Source: Eledone cirrhosa (lineage: Eukaryota). Taken from it: a stretch of DNA of 64,000 nt. A model generated the notes under the pieces. That model was not told the DNA's origin and did not search any database. It saw only the letters and a list, made by a program, of their open reading frames with translations. Position 1 is the stretch's first letter, and the number at the start of each line of letters is the position of its first letter. The position numbers and the translations under genes were made by a program. Location: NCBI GenBank assembly GCA_964016885.1, contig OZ024743.1, positions 36,332,001-36,396,000 on the forward strand. The letters run 5' to 3'. Shown one piece after another: positions 26,701 through 40,789 of the stretch.

Positions 26701-29700
26701 TGTTCCTCTACAGTCTTTGTTATTGTTTCTCTACAGTCTTTGTTAATGTTCCCCTACAGTCTTTGTTAATGTTCCTCTACAGTCTTTGTTAATGTTCCTC
26801 TACAGTCCTTGTTAATGTTCCTCTATAGTCCCAGTTAATGTTCCTCTACAGTCTTTGTTAATGTTCCTCTACAGTCTTTGTTAATGTTCCTCTACAGTCT
26901 TTGTTAATGCTCCTCTACAGTCTTTGTTAATGTTCGTCTACAGTCCTTGTTAATGTTCCTCTACAGTCTTTGTTAACGTTCCTCTACAGTCTTTGTTAAT
27001 GTTCCTCTACAGTCTTTGTTAATGTTCCTCTACAATATTTGTTAATGTTCCTCTACAGTCTTTGTTAATGTTCCTCTACAGTCTTTGTTAATGTTCCTCT
27101 ACGGTCTTTGTTAATGTTCCTCTACAGTCTTTGTTAATGTTCCTCTACACTCTTTGTTAATGCTCCTCTACAGTCTTTGATAATGTTCCTCTACAGTCTT
27201 TGTTAATGTTCCTCTACAGTCTTTGTTAATGTTCCTCTACAGTCTTTGTTAACGTTCCTCTACAGTCCGAGTTAATGTTCCTCTACAGTCTATGTTAATG
27301 TTCCTCTACAGTCTTTGTTAATGTTCTTCTACAGTATTTTTTAATGTTCCTCTATAGTCCCAGTTAATGTTCCTCTACAGTCCTTGTTAATGTTCCTCTA
27401 CAGTCTTTGTTAATGTTCCTCTACAGTCCTTGTTAATGTTCCTCTATGGTCACAGTTAATATTCCTCTACACTCTTTGTTAATGTTCCTCTACAGTCTTT
27501 GTTAATGTTCCTCTACAGTCCGAGTTTATGTTCCTCTACAGTCTTTGTTAATGTTCCTCTACAGTCTTTGTTAATGTTCCTGGACAGTTCTTGTTAATGT
27601 TCCTCTATAGTCCCAGTTAATGTTTCTCTACAGTCCTTGTTAATGTTCCTCTACAGTCTTTGTTAATGTTCCTGTACAGTCCTTGATAATATTCCTCTAT
27701 AGTCCCAGTTAATGTTCCTCTACAGTCCTTGTTAATATTCCTCTATAGTCACAGTTAATGTTCCTCTACAGTCCTTGTTAATGTTCGTCTACAGTCCTTG
27801 AGAATGTTCTTCTACAGTCTTTGATAATGTTCCTCTACAGTCCTTGTAAATGTTCCTCTACAGTCTATTTTCATGTTCCACTACTGTTATTTGTTAATGT
27901 TCCTCTATAGTCTTTGTTAATGTTCCTCTACAGTCCTTGTTAATGTTCCTCTACAGTCTTTGTTAATGTTCCTCTACAGTCTTTGTTAATGTTCCTCTAC
28001 AGTCTTTGTTAATGTTCCTCTACAGTCTTTGTTAATGTTCCTCTACAGTCTTTGTTAATGTTCCTCTAAGTCTTTGTTAATGTTCCTCTACAGTCTTTGT
28101 TAATGCTCCTCTACAGTCTTTGTTAATGTTCCTGTACAGTCCTTGTTAATGTTCCTCAATAGTCCCAGTTAATGTTCCTCTACAGTCTTTGTTAATGTTC
28201 CTCTACGTTCTTTGTTAATGTTCCTCTACAGTCTTTGTTAATGCTCCTCTACAGTCTTTGTTAATGTTCGTCTACAGTCCTTGTTAATGTTCCTCTACAG
28301 TCTTTGTTAATGTTCCTCTACAGTCTTTGTTAATGTTTCTCTACAGCCTTTGTTAATGTTCCTCTACAGTCTTTGTTAATGTTCGTCTACAGTCTTTGTT
28401 AATGTTCCTCTACAGTCTTTGTTAATGTTCCTCTACAGTCTTTGTTAATGTTCCTCTACAGTCTTTGTTAATGTTCCTCTACAGTCTTTGTTAATGTTCC
28501 TCTACAGTCTTTGTTAATGTTCCTCTACAGTATTTGTTAATGTTCCTCTACAGTCTTTGTTAATGTTCCTCTACAGTCTTTGTTAATGTTCTTCTACAGT
28601 CTTTGTTAATGCTCCTCTACAGTATTTGTTAATGTTCGTCTACAGTCTTTGTTAATGTTCCTCTACAGTCTTTGTTAATGTTCCTCTACAGTCATTGTTA
28701 ATGTTCCTCTACAGTCTTTGTTAATGTTCCTGTACAGTCTTTGATAATGTTCCTCTACAGTCTTTGTTAATGTTCATCTACAGTCCTTGTTAATTTTCCT
28801 CTATAGTCCTTGTTAAAGTTCCTCTACAGTCCTTGTTAATGTTCCTCTACAGTCCTTGTTAATGTTCCTCTACAGTCCTTGTTAATGTTCCTCTACATTC
28901 CTTATTAATGTTCCTCTACAGTCCTTGTTAATGTTTCTCTACAGTCTTTGTTAATGTTCCTCTACAGTCTTTGTTAATGTTCCTCTACAGTCCTTGTTAA
29001 TGTTCCTCTACAGTCTTTGTTAATGTTCCCCTACAGTCTTTGTTAATATACCTCTACAGTCTTTGTTAATGTTCCTCTACAGTCTTTGTTAATGTTCCTC
29101 TACAGTCTTTGTTAATGTTCGTCTACAGTCTTTGTTAATGTTCCTCTACAGTCTTTGTTAATGTTCCTATACAGTCCTTGTTAATGTTCCTCTACAGTCC
29201 TTGTAAATGTTCCTCTACAGTCTTTGTTAATGTTCCTGTACAGTCTTTGTTAATATACCTCTACAGTCTTTGTTAATGTTCCTCTACAGTCCTTGATAAT
29301 GTTCCTCTACAGTCTTTGTTAATGTTCCTCTACAGTCTTTGTTAATGTTCCTATACAATCCTTGTTAATGTTCCTCTACAGTCCTTGTAAATGTTCCTCT
29401 ACAGTCTTTGATAATGTTCATGTACAGTCTTTGTTAATATACCTCTACAGTCTTTGTTAATGTTCCTCTACAGCCCTTGTTAATATTCCTCTACAGTCTT
29501 TGTTAATGTTCCTCTACAGTCTTTGTTAATGTTCCTCTACAGTGTTTGTTAATGTTCCTCTACAGTCTTTGTTAATGTTCTTCTACAGTCGTTGCTAATG
29601 TTCCTCTACAGTCTTTGTTAATGTTCCTCTACAGTCTTTGTTAATGTTCCTCTACAGTCTTTGTTAATGTTCCTCTACAGTCATTGTTACTGTTCCTCTA

Positions 29701-32700
29701 CAGTCTTTGTTAATGTTCCTCTACAGTCCTTGAGAATGTTCTTCTACAGTCTTTGATAATGTTCCTCTACAGTCCTCGTTAATGTTCCTCTACAGTCCTT
29801 GTTAATGTTCCTCTACAATCTTTGTTAATGTTCCTCTACAGTCTTTGATAATGTTCCTCTACAGTCTTTGTAAATGTTCCTCTACAGTCCTTGTTAATGT
29901 TCCTCTACAGTCTTTGTTAATGTTCCTCTACAGTCTTTGTTAATGTTCCTCTACAGTCCTTGAGAATGTTCTTCTACAGTCGTTGCTAATGTTCCTCTAC
30001 AGTTTTTGTTAATGTTCCTCTACAATCTTTGTTAATGTTCCTCTACAGTCTTTGTTAATGTTCCTCTACAGACTTTGTTAATGTTCCTGTACAGTCTTTG
30101 TTAATGTTCCTCTACAGTCTTTGTTAATGTTCCTCTACAGTCTTTGTTAATGTTCTTCTACAATCGTTGCTAATGTTCCTCTACAGTCTTTGTTAATGTT
30201 CCTCTACAGTCTTTGTTAATGTTCCTCTACAGCCTTTGTTAATGTTCCTCTACAGTCATCGTTACTGTTCCTCTACAGTCTTTGTTAATGTTCCTCTACA
30301 GTCCTTGAGAATGTTCTTCTACAGTCTTTGATAATGTTCCTCTACAGTCCTCGTTAATGTTCCTCTACAGTCCTTGTTAATGTTCTTCTACAGTCTTTGT
30401 TAATGTTCCTCTACAGTCCTTGAGAATGTTCTTCTACAGTCTTTGATATTGTTCCTCTACAGTCCTTGTTAATGTTCGTCTATAGTCCTTGAGAATGTTC
30501 TTCTACAGTCTTTGATAATGTTCCTCTACAGTCATTGTTACTGTTCCTCTACAGTCTTTGTTAATGTTCCTCTACAGTCCTTGAGAATGTTCTTCTACAG
30601 TCTTTGATAATGATCCTCTACAGTCCTCGTTAATGTTCCTCTACAGTCCTTGTTAATGTTCTTCTACAGTCTTTGTTAATGTTCCTCTACAGTCCTTGAG
30701 AATGTTCTTCTACAGTCTTTGATATTGTTCCTCTACAGTCCTTGTTAATGTTCGTCTACAGTCCTTGAGAATGTTCTTCTACAGTCTTTGATAATGTTCC
30801 TCTACAGTCCTTGTAAATGTTCCTCTACAGTCTATTTTCATGTTCCACTACTGTTATTTGTTAATGTTCCTCTATAGTCTTTGTTAATGTTCCTCTACAG
30901 TCTTTGTTAATGTTCCTCTACAGTCTTTGTTAATGTTCCTCTACAGTCTTTGTTAATGTTCCTCTACAGTCTTTGTTAATGTTCCTCTACAGTCTTTGTT
31001 AATGTTCCTCTGCAGTCTTTGTTAATGTTCCTCTACAGTCCTTGTTAATGTTCCTCTATAGTCCCAGTTAATGTTCCTCTACAGTCTTTGTTAATGTTCC
31101 TCTACAGTCTTTGTTAATGTTCCTCTACAGTCTTTGTTAATGCTCCTCTACAGTCTTTGTTAATGTTCGTCTACAGTCCTTGTTAATGTTCCTCTACAGT
31201 CTTTGTTAATGTTCCTCTACAGTCTTTGTTAATGTTCCTCTACAGTCTTTGTTAATGTTCCTCTACAGTCCCAGTTAATGTTCTTCTACAGTATTTTTTA
31301 ATGTTCCTCTATAGTCCCAGTTAATATTCCTCTACAGTCCTTGTTAATGCTCCTCTACAGTCTTTGTTAATGTTCCTCTACTGTCCTTGTTAATGTTCCT
31401 CTATGGTCACAGTTAATGTTCCTCTACAGTCTTTGTTAATGTTCCTCTACAGTCTTTGTTAATGTTCCTCTACAGTCCGAGTTAATGTTCCTCTACAGTC
31501 TTTGTTAATGTTCCTCTACAGTCTTTGTTAATGTTCCTGGACAGTTCTTGTTAATGTTCCTCTATAGTCCCAGTTAATGTTCCTCTACAGTCCTTGTTAA
31601 TGTTCCTCTACAGTCTTTGTTAATGTTCCTGTACAGTCCTTGATAATATTCCTCTATAGTCCCAGTTAATGTTCCTCTACAGTCTTTGTTAATGTTCCTG
31701 TACATTCCTTGTTAATGTTCCTCTATAGTCACAGTTAATGTTCCTCTAAAGTCCTTGTTAATGTTCCTCTACAGTCTTTGTTACTATTCCTCTACAGTCT
31801 TTGTTAATGTTCCTCTACAGTCTTTTTTAATGTTCCTCTACAGTCCTTGTTAATGTCCCTCTACAGTCTTTGTTAATGTTCCTCTACAGTCTTTGTTAAT
31901 TTTCCTCTACAATCCCAGTTAATGTTCCTCTACAGTCTCTGTTAATGTTCCTCTACAGTCTTTGTTAATGTTCCTCTACAGTCCTTGTTAATGTTCCTCT
32001 ACAGTTTTTGTTAATGTTCCTCTACAATCTTTGTTAATGTTCCTCTACAGTCTTTGATAATGTTCCTCTACAGTCTTTGTTAATGTTCCTCTACAGTCCT
32101 TGTTAATGTTCCTCTACAATCTTTGTTAATGTTCCTCTACAGTCTTTGTTAATGTTCCTCTACAGTCCTTATTAATGTTCCTCTACAGTCCTTGTTAATG
32201 TTCCTCTACAGTCTTTGTTAATGTTCCTCTACAGTCCTTGTTAATGTTCCTCTACAGTTTTTGTTAATGTTCCTGTACAATCTTTGTTAATGTTCCTCTG
32301 CAGTCTTTGTTAATGTTCCTCTACAGTCGTTGTTAATGTTCCTCTACAGTCTTTGTTAATGTTCCTCTACAGTCGTTGTTAATGTTCCTCTACAGTCGTT
32401 GTTAATGTTCCTCTACAGTCTCTGTTAATGTTCCTCTACAGTCTTTGTTAATGTTCCTCTACGGTCCTTGTAAATGTTCCTCTACAGTTTTTGTTAATGT
32501 TCCTCTACTGTCTTTGTTAATGTTCCTCTACAGTCTTTGATAATGTTCCTCAACATTCTTTGTTAATGTTCCTCTACAGTCTTTGTTAATGTTCCTCTAC
32601 AGTCTTTGTTAATGTTCCTCTACAGTCTTTGTTAATGTTCCTCTACAGTCTTTGTTAATGTTCCTCTACAGTCTTTGTTAATGTTCCTCTACAGTCTTTG

Positions 32701-33810
32701 TTAATGTTCCTCTACAGTCTTTGTTAATGTTCCTCTACAGTCTTTGTTATTGTTTCTCTACAGTCTTTGTTAATGTTCCCCTACAGTCTTTGTTAATGTT
32801 CCTCTGCAGTCTTTGTTAATGTTCCTCTACAGTCCTTGTTAATGTTCCTCTATAGTCCCAGTTAATGTTCCTCTACAGTCTTTGTTAATGTTCCTCTACA
32901 GTCTTTGTTAATGTTCCTCTACAGTCTTTGTTAATGCTCCTCTACAGTCTTTGTTAATGTTCGTCTACAGTCCTTGTTAATGTTCCTCTACAGTCTTTGT
33001 TAACGTTCCTCTACAGTCTTTGTTAATGTTCCTCTACAGTCTTTGTTAATGTTCCTCTACAATATTTGTTAATGTTCCTCTACAGTCTTTGTTAATGTTC
33101 CTCTACAGTCTTTGTTAATGTTCCTCTACAGTCTTTGTTAATGTTCCTCTACAGTCTTTGTTAATGTTCCTCTACACTCTTTGTTAATGCTCCTCTACAG
33201 TCTTTGATAATGTTCCTCTACAGTCTTTGTTAATGTTCCTCTACAGTCTTTGTTAATGTTCCTCTACAGTCTTTGTTAACGTTCCTCTACAGTCCGAGGT
33301 AATGTTCCTCTACAGTCTTTGTTAATGTTCCTCTACAGTCTTTGTTAATGTTCTTCTACAGTATTTTTTAATATTCCTCTATAGTCCCAGTTAATGTTCC
33401 TCTACAGTCCTTGTTAATGTTCCTCTACAGTCTTTGTTAATGTTCCTCTACAGTCCTTGTTAATGTTCCTCTATGGTCACAGTTAATATTCCTCTACACT
33501 CTTTGTTAATGTTCCTCTACAGTCTTTGTTAATGTTCCTCTACAGTCCGAGTTAATGTTCCTCTACAGTCTTTGTTAATGTTCCTCTACAGTCTTTGTTA
33601 ATGTTCCTGGACAGTTCTTGTTAATGTTCCTCTATAGTCCCAGTTAATGTTTCTCTACAGTCCTTGTTAATGTTCCTCTACAGTCTTTGTTAATGTTCCT
33701 GTACAGTCCTTGATAATATTCCTCTATAGTCCCAGTTAATGTTCCTCTACAGTCCTTGTTAATATTCCTCTATAGTCACAGTTAATGTTCCTCTACAGTC
33801 CTTGTTAATG
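21885..33810 (+). repeat. Duplication with 6027-bp offset (262 monomers plus 1 bp): ~21885-27785 and ~27910-33810
   Basis: Markers recur at +6027: CTCTAAG (22041/28068), CAGACTTTG (24045/30072), AATGATCC (24586/30613). Several SNPs separate the copies, e.g. GAGGAT near 23706 vs GAGAAT near 29733. Confidence 0.92.
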
Positions 33811-35269
33811 TTCCTCTACAGTCTTTGTTACTATTCCTCTACAGTCTTTGTTAATGTTCCTCTAAATTCTTTTTTAATGTTCCTCTACAGTCCTTGTTAA
33901 TGTTCCTCTACAGTCTTTGTTAATGTTCCTCTACAGTCTTTGTTAATGTTCCTCTACAGTCCCAGTTAATGTTCCTCTACAGTCTCTGTTAATGTTCCTC
34001 TACAGTCTTTGTTAATGTTCCTCTACAGTCCTTGTTAATGTTCCTCTACAGTTTTTGTTAATGTTCCTCTACAATCTTTGTTAATGTTCATCTACAGTCT
34101 TTGATAATGTTCCTCTACAGTCTTTGTTAATGTTCCTCTACAGTTCTTGTTAATGTTCCTCTACAGTCTTTGTTAATGTTCCTCTACAGTCTTTTTTAAT
34201 GTTCCTCTACAGTCCTTGTTAATGTTCCTCTACAATCTTCGTTAATGTTTCTCTACAGTCTTTGTTAATGTTCCTCTACAGTCTTTGTTAATGTTCCTCT
34301 ACAGTCCTGGTTAATGTTCCTCTACAGTCTTTGTTAATGTTCCTCTACAGTCCTTGTTAATGTTCCTCTACAGTTTTTGTTAATGTTCCTCTACAATCTT
34401 TGTTAATGTTCCTCTGCAGTCTTTGTTAATGTTCCTCTACAGTCGTTGTTAATGTTCCTCTACAGTCTTTGTTAATGTTCCTCTACAGTCTTTGTTAATG
34501 TTCCTCTACAGTCTTTGTTAATGTTCCTCTACAGTCTTTGTTAATGTTCCTCTACAGTCTTTGTTAATGTTCCTCTACAGTCTCTGTTAATGTTCCTCTA
34601 CAGTCTTTGTTAATGTTCCTCTACAGTCCCAGTTAATGTTCTTCTACAGTATCTGTTAATGTTTCTCTACAGGCTTTGTTAATGTTCCTCTACAGTCCAT
34701 GTTAATGTTCCTCTACAGTTTTTGTTAATGTTCCTCTACTGTCTTTGTTAATGTTCCTCTACAGTCTTTGATAATGTTCCTCTACATTCTTTGTTAATGT
34801 TCCTCTACAGTCCTTGTTAATGTTCCTCTACAGTCTTTGATAATATTCGTCTACAGTCTTTGTTAATGTTCCTCTACAATCTTTGTTAATGTTCCTCTAC
34901 AGTCTTTGTTAATGTTCCTCTACAGTCTTTGTTAATGTTCCTCTACAGTCTTTGTTAATGTTCCTCTACAGTCTTTGCTAATGTTCCTGTACAGTCCTTG
35001 TTAATGTTCCTCAATAGTCCCAGTTAATGTTCCTCTACAGTCTTTGTTAATGTTCCTCTACGTTCTTTGTTAATGTTCCTCTACAGTCTTTGTTAATGCT
35101 CCTCTACAGTCTTTGTTAATGTTCGTCTACAGTCCTTGTTAATGTTCCTCTACAGTCTTTGTTAATGTTCCTCTACAGTCTTTGTTAATGTTTCTCTAAA
35201 GTCTTTGTTAATGTTCCTCAACAGTCCTTGTAAATGTTCCTCTACAGTCTTTGTTAATGTTCCTCTACA

Positions 35270-35830
35270 GTCCCAGTTAATAATCCTCTACATTGCTTAT
35301 TAATGTTCCTCTACAGTCCTTGTTAATGTTCCTGTACAGTCCTTGTTAATGTTCCTCTACAGTCTTTGTTAATGTTCCTCTACAATCTTTGTTAATGTTC
35401 CTCTACAGTCCCAGTTAATAATCCTCTACATTCCTTATTAATGTTCCTCTACAGTCCTTGTTAATGTTCTTCTGCAGTCCTTGTTAATGTTCCTCTACAG
35501 TCCTTGTTAATGTTCCTCTACAGTCCCAGTTAATAATACTCTACAGTCCTTATTAATGTTCCTCTACAGTCCTTGTTAATGTTCCTCTACAGTTCTTGTT
35601 AATGTTCCTCTACAGTCTGTGTTAATGTTCCTCTATAGTCCCAGTTAATAATCCTCTACATTCCTTATTAATGTTCATCTACAGTCCTTGTTAATTTTCC
35701 TCTATAGTCCTTGTTAATGTTCCTCTACAGTCCTTGTTAATGTTCCTCTACTGTTCTTGTTAATGTTACTCTACAGTACTTGTTAATGTTCCTCTACATT
35801 CCTTATTAATGTTCCTCTACAGTCCTTGTT
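35270..35830 (+). repeat. Diverged local 5-6-monomer higher-order repeat
   Basis: A CCCAGTTAATAATCCTCTACATTCCTTATTAATG-type variant recurs at 35281, 35419, 35534 and 35649 (spacing 138, 115, 115 bp). Confidence 0.8.
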
Positions 35831-38800
35831 AATGTTTCTCTACAGTCTTTGTTAATGTTCCTCTACAGTCCTTGATAATGTTCCTCTACAGTCCTTGTTA
35901 TTGTTCCTCGACAGTCTTTGTCAATGTTCCCCTACAGTCTTTGTTAATGTTCCCCTACAGTCTTTGTTAATATACCTCTACAGTCTTTGTTAATGTTCCT
36001 CTACAGTCTGTGTTAATGTTCCTCTACAGTCTTTGTTAATGTTCCTCTACAGTCTTTGTTAATGTTCCTCTACAGTCTTTGTTAATGTTCCTCTACAGTC
36101 TTTGTTAATGTTCCTCTACAGTCTTTGTTAATGTTCCTCTACAGTCCTTGTTAATGTTCCTCTACAGTCTTTGTTAATGTTCCCCTACAGTCTTTGTTAA
36201 TATACCTCTACAGTCTTTGTTAATGTTCCTCTACAGTCTTTGTTAATGTTCCTCTACAGTCTTTGTTAATGTTCGTCTACAGTCTTTGTTAATGTTCCTC
36301 TACAGTCTTTGTTAATGTTCCTCTACAGTCTTTGTTAATGTTCCTCTACAGTCATTGTTACTGTTCCTCTACAGTCTTTGTTAATGTTCCTCTACAGTCC
36401 TTGTTAATGTTCCTCTACAATCTTTGTTAATGTTCCCCTACAGTCTTTGTTAATATACCTCTACAGTCTTTGTTAATGTTCCTCTACAGTCCTTGATAAT
36501 GTTCCTCTACAGTCTTTGTTAATGTTCCTATACAATCCTTGTTAATGTTCCTCTACACTCCTTGTAAATGTTCCTCTACAGTCTTTGATAATGTTCATGT
36601 ACAGTCTTTGTTAATATACCTCTACAGTCTTTGTTAATGTTCCTCTACAGCCCTTGTTAATATTCCTCTACAGTCTTTGTTAATGTTCCTCTACAGTCTT
36701 TGTTAATGTTCCTCTACAGTCTTTGTTAATGTTCCTCTACAGTCTTTGTAAATGTTCTTCTACAGTCGTTGCTAATGTTTCTCTACAGTCTTTGTTAATG
36801 TTCCTCTACAGTCTTTGTTAATGTTCCTCTACAGTCTTTGTTAATGTTCCTCTACAGTCATTGTTACTGTTCCTCTACAGTCTTTGTTAATGTTCCTCTA
36901 CAGTCCTTGAGAATGTTCTTCTACAGTCTTTGATAATGTTCTTCTACAGTCCTCGTTAATGTTCCTCTACAGTCCTTGTTAATGTTCTTCTACAGTCTTT
37001 GTTAATGTTCCTCTACAGTCCTTGAGAATGTTCTTCTACAGTCTTTGATAATGTTCCTCTACAGTCCTTGTTAATGTTCGTCTACAGTCCTTGAGATTGT
37101 TCTTCTACAGTCCTTGATAATGTTCCTCTACAGTCCTTTTTAATGTTCCTCTACAGTCCTTGTTAATGTTCCTCTACAGTCCTTGTTAATGTTCCTCTAT
37201 AGTCCCAGTTAATGTTCCTCTACAGTCCTTGTAAATGTTCCTCTACAGTCTATTTTCATGTTCCACTACTGTTATTTGTTAATGTTCCTCTACAGTCTTT
37301 GTTAATGTTCCTCTACAGTCTTTGTTTATGTTCCTCTACAGTCTTTGTTAATGTTCCTCTACAGTCTTTGTTAATGTTCCTCTACAGTCCTTGTTAATGT
37401 CCCTCTATAGTCCCAGATAATGTTCCTCTACAGTCTTTGTTAATGTTCCTCTACAGTCTTTGTTAATGTTCCTCTACAGTCTTTGTTAATGCTCCTCTAC
37501 AGTCTTTGTTAATGTTCGTCTACAGTTCTTGTTAATGTTCCTCTACAGTCTTTGTTAATGTTCCTGTACAGTCCTTGATAATATTCCTCTATAGTCCCAG
37601 TTAATGTTCCTCTACAGTCGTTGTTAATGTTCCTGTACAGTCCTTGTTAATGTTCCTCTATAGTCACAGTTAATGCTCCTCTACAGTTCTTGTTAATGTT
37701 CCTCTACAGTCTTTGTTACTATTCCTCTACAGTCTTAGTTAATGTTCCCCTACAGTCTTTTTTAATGTTCCTCTACAGTCCTTGTTAATGTTCCTCTACA
37801 GTCTTTGTTAATGTTCCTGTACAGTCCTTGATAATATTCCTCTATAGTCCCAGTTAATGTTCCTCTACAGTCCTTGTTAATGTTCCTCTACAGTCTTTGT
37901 TACTATTCCTCTACAGTCTTTGTTAATGTTCCTCTACAGTCTTTTTTAATGTTCCTCTACAGTCCTTGTTAATGTTCCTCTACAGTCTTTGTTAATGTTC
38001 CTCTACAGTCTTTGTTAATGTTCCTCTACAGTCCCAGTTAATGTTCCTCTACAGTCTCTGTTAATGTTCCTCTACAGTCTTTGTTAATGTTCCTCTACAG
38101 TCCTTGTTAATGTTCCTCTACAGTTTTTGTTAATGTTCCTCTACAATCTTTGTTAATGTTCCTCTACAGTCTTTGATAATGTTCCTCTACAGTCTTTGTT
38201 AATGTTCCTCTACAGTCCTTGTTAATGTTCCTCTACAGTCTTTGTTAATGTTCCTCTACAGTCTTTGTTAATGTTCCTCTACAGTCCTTGTTAATGTTCC
38301 TCTACAATCTTCGTTAATGTTCCTCTACAGTCTTTGTTAATGTTCCTCTACATTCTTTGTTAATGTTCCTCTACAGTCCTGGTTAATGTTCCTCTACAGT
38401 CTTTGTTAATGTTCCTCTACAGTCCTTGTTAATGTTCCTCTACAGTTTTTGTTAATGTTCCTCTACAATCTTTGTTAATGTTCCTCTACAGTCCCAGTTA
38501 ATGTTCCTCTACAGTCTCTGTTAATGTTCCTCTACAGTCTTTGTTAATTTTCCTCTACATTCCTTGTTAATGTTCCTCTACAGTTTTTGTTAATGTTCCT
38601 CTACTGTCTTTGTTAATGTTCCTCTACAGTCTTTGATAATGTTCCTCTACATTCTTTGTTAATGTTCCTCTACAGTCTTTGTTAATGTTCCTCTACAGTC
38701 TTTGTTAATGTTCCTCTACAGTCTTTGTTAATGTTCCTCTACAGTCTTTGTTAATGTTCCTCTACAGTCTTTGTTAATGTTCCTCTACAGTCTTTGTTAA

Positions 38801-40789
38801 TGTTCCTCTACAGTCTTTGTTATTGTTCCTCTACAGTCTTTGTTAATGTTCCTCTACAGTCTTTGTTAATGTTCCTCTACAGTCTTTGTTAATGTTCCTC
38901 TACAGTCCTTGTTAATGTTCCTCTATAGTCCCAGTTAATGTTCCTCTACAGTCTTTGTTAATGTTCCTCTACAGTCTTTGTTAATGGTCCTCTACAGTCT
39001 TTGTTAATGTTCGTCTACAGTCCTTGTTAATGTTCCTCTACAGTCTTTGTAAATGTTCCTCTACAGTCTTTGTTAATGTTCCTCTACAGTCTTTGTTAAT
39101 GTTCCTCTACAGTCTTTGTTAATGTTCCTCTACAGTCTTTGTTAATGTTCCTCTACACTCTTTGTTAATGTTCCTCTACAATCTTTGTTAATGTTCCTCT
39201 ACAATCGTTGTTAATGTTCCTCTACAGTCTTTGTTAATGTTCCTCTACAGTCTTTGTTAATGTTCCTTTACAATCTTTGTTAATGTTCCTCTACAGTCTT
39301 TGTTAATGCTCCTCTACAGTCTTTATTAATGTTCGTCTACAGTCTTTGTTAATGTTCCTCTACAGTCTTTGTTAATGTTCCTCTACAGTCTTTGTTAATG
39401 TTCCTCTACAGTCTTTGTTAACGTTCCTCTACAGTCTTTGTTAATGTTCCTCTACAGTCTTTGTTAACGTTCCTCTACAGTCCCAGTTAATGTTCCTCTA
39501 CAGTCTTTGTTAATGTTCCTCTACAGTCCTTGTTAATATTACTCTATGGTCACAGTTAATGTTCCTCTACAGTCTTTGTTAATGTTCCTCTACACTCTTT
39601 GTTAATGTTCCTCTACAATCTTTGTTAATGTTCCTCTACAGTATTTTTTAATGTTCCTCTATAGTGCCAGTAAATGTTCCTCTACAGTCCTTGTTAATGT
39701 TCCTCTACAGTCTTTGTTAATGTTCCTCTACAGTCCTTGTTAATGTTCCTCTATGGTCACAGTTAATGTTCCTCTACAGTCTTTGTTAATGTTCCTCTAC
39801 AGTCTTTGTTAATGTTCCTCTACAGTCCGAGTTAATGTTCCTCTACAGTCTTTGTTAATGTTCCTCTACAGTCTTTGTTAATGTTCCTGGACAGTTCTTG
39901 TTAATGTTCCTCTATAGTCCCAGTTAATGTTCCTCTACAGTCCTTGTTAATGTTCCTCTATAGTCACAGTTTATGTTCCTCTACAGTCCTAGTTAATGTT
40001 CCTCTACAGTCTTTGTTACTATTCCTCTACAGTCTTTGTTAATGTTCCTCTACTGTCTTTTTTAATGTTCCTCTACAGTCCTTGTTAATGTTCCTCTACA
40101 GTCTTTGTTAATGTTCCTCTACAGTCTTTGTTAATGTTCCTCTACAGTCCCAGTTAATGTTCCTCTACAGTCTCTGTTAATGTTCCTCTACAGTCTTTGT
40201 TAATGTTACTCTACAGTCCTTGTTAATGTTCCTCTACAGTTTTTGTTAATGTTCCTCTACAGTCTTTGATAATGTTCCTCTACAGTCTTTGTTAATGTTC
40301 CTCTACAGTCCTTGATAATGTTCCTCTACAGTCTTTGTTAATGTTCCTCTACAGTCTTTGTTAATGTTCCTCTACAGTCCTTGTTAATGTTCCTCTACAA
40401 TCTTTGTTAATGTTCCTCTACAGTCTTTGTTAATATTCATCTACAGTCCTTGTTAATGTTCCTCTACAGTCTTTGTTAATGTTCCTCTACAGTCCCAGTT
40501 AATGTTCCTCTACAGTCTATGTTAATGTTCCTCTACAGTCTTTGTTAATGTTCCTCTACAGACCTTGTTAATGTTCCTCTACAGTCTTTGTTAATATACC
40601 TCTACAGTCTTTGTTAATGCTCCTCTACAGTCTTTGTTAATGTTCCTCTACAGTCTTTGTTAATGTTCCTCTACAGTCTTTGTTAATGTTCCTCTACAGT
40701 CTTTGTTAATGTTCCTCTACAGTCTTTGTTAATGTTCCTCTACAGTCTTTGTTAATGTTCCTCTACAATCTTTGTTAATGTTACTCTAC

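Noticed and set aside
37212-37397. 61-aa ORF from the supplied track
   Set aside because: It is simply the translated repeat (MFLYSLC / CSSTVF / VNVPLQSLL). The consensus puts a TAA in each frame every three monomers, and here chance variants (GTAAATG, a +1 bp monomer, GTTTATG) remove stops. There is no coding evidence.
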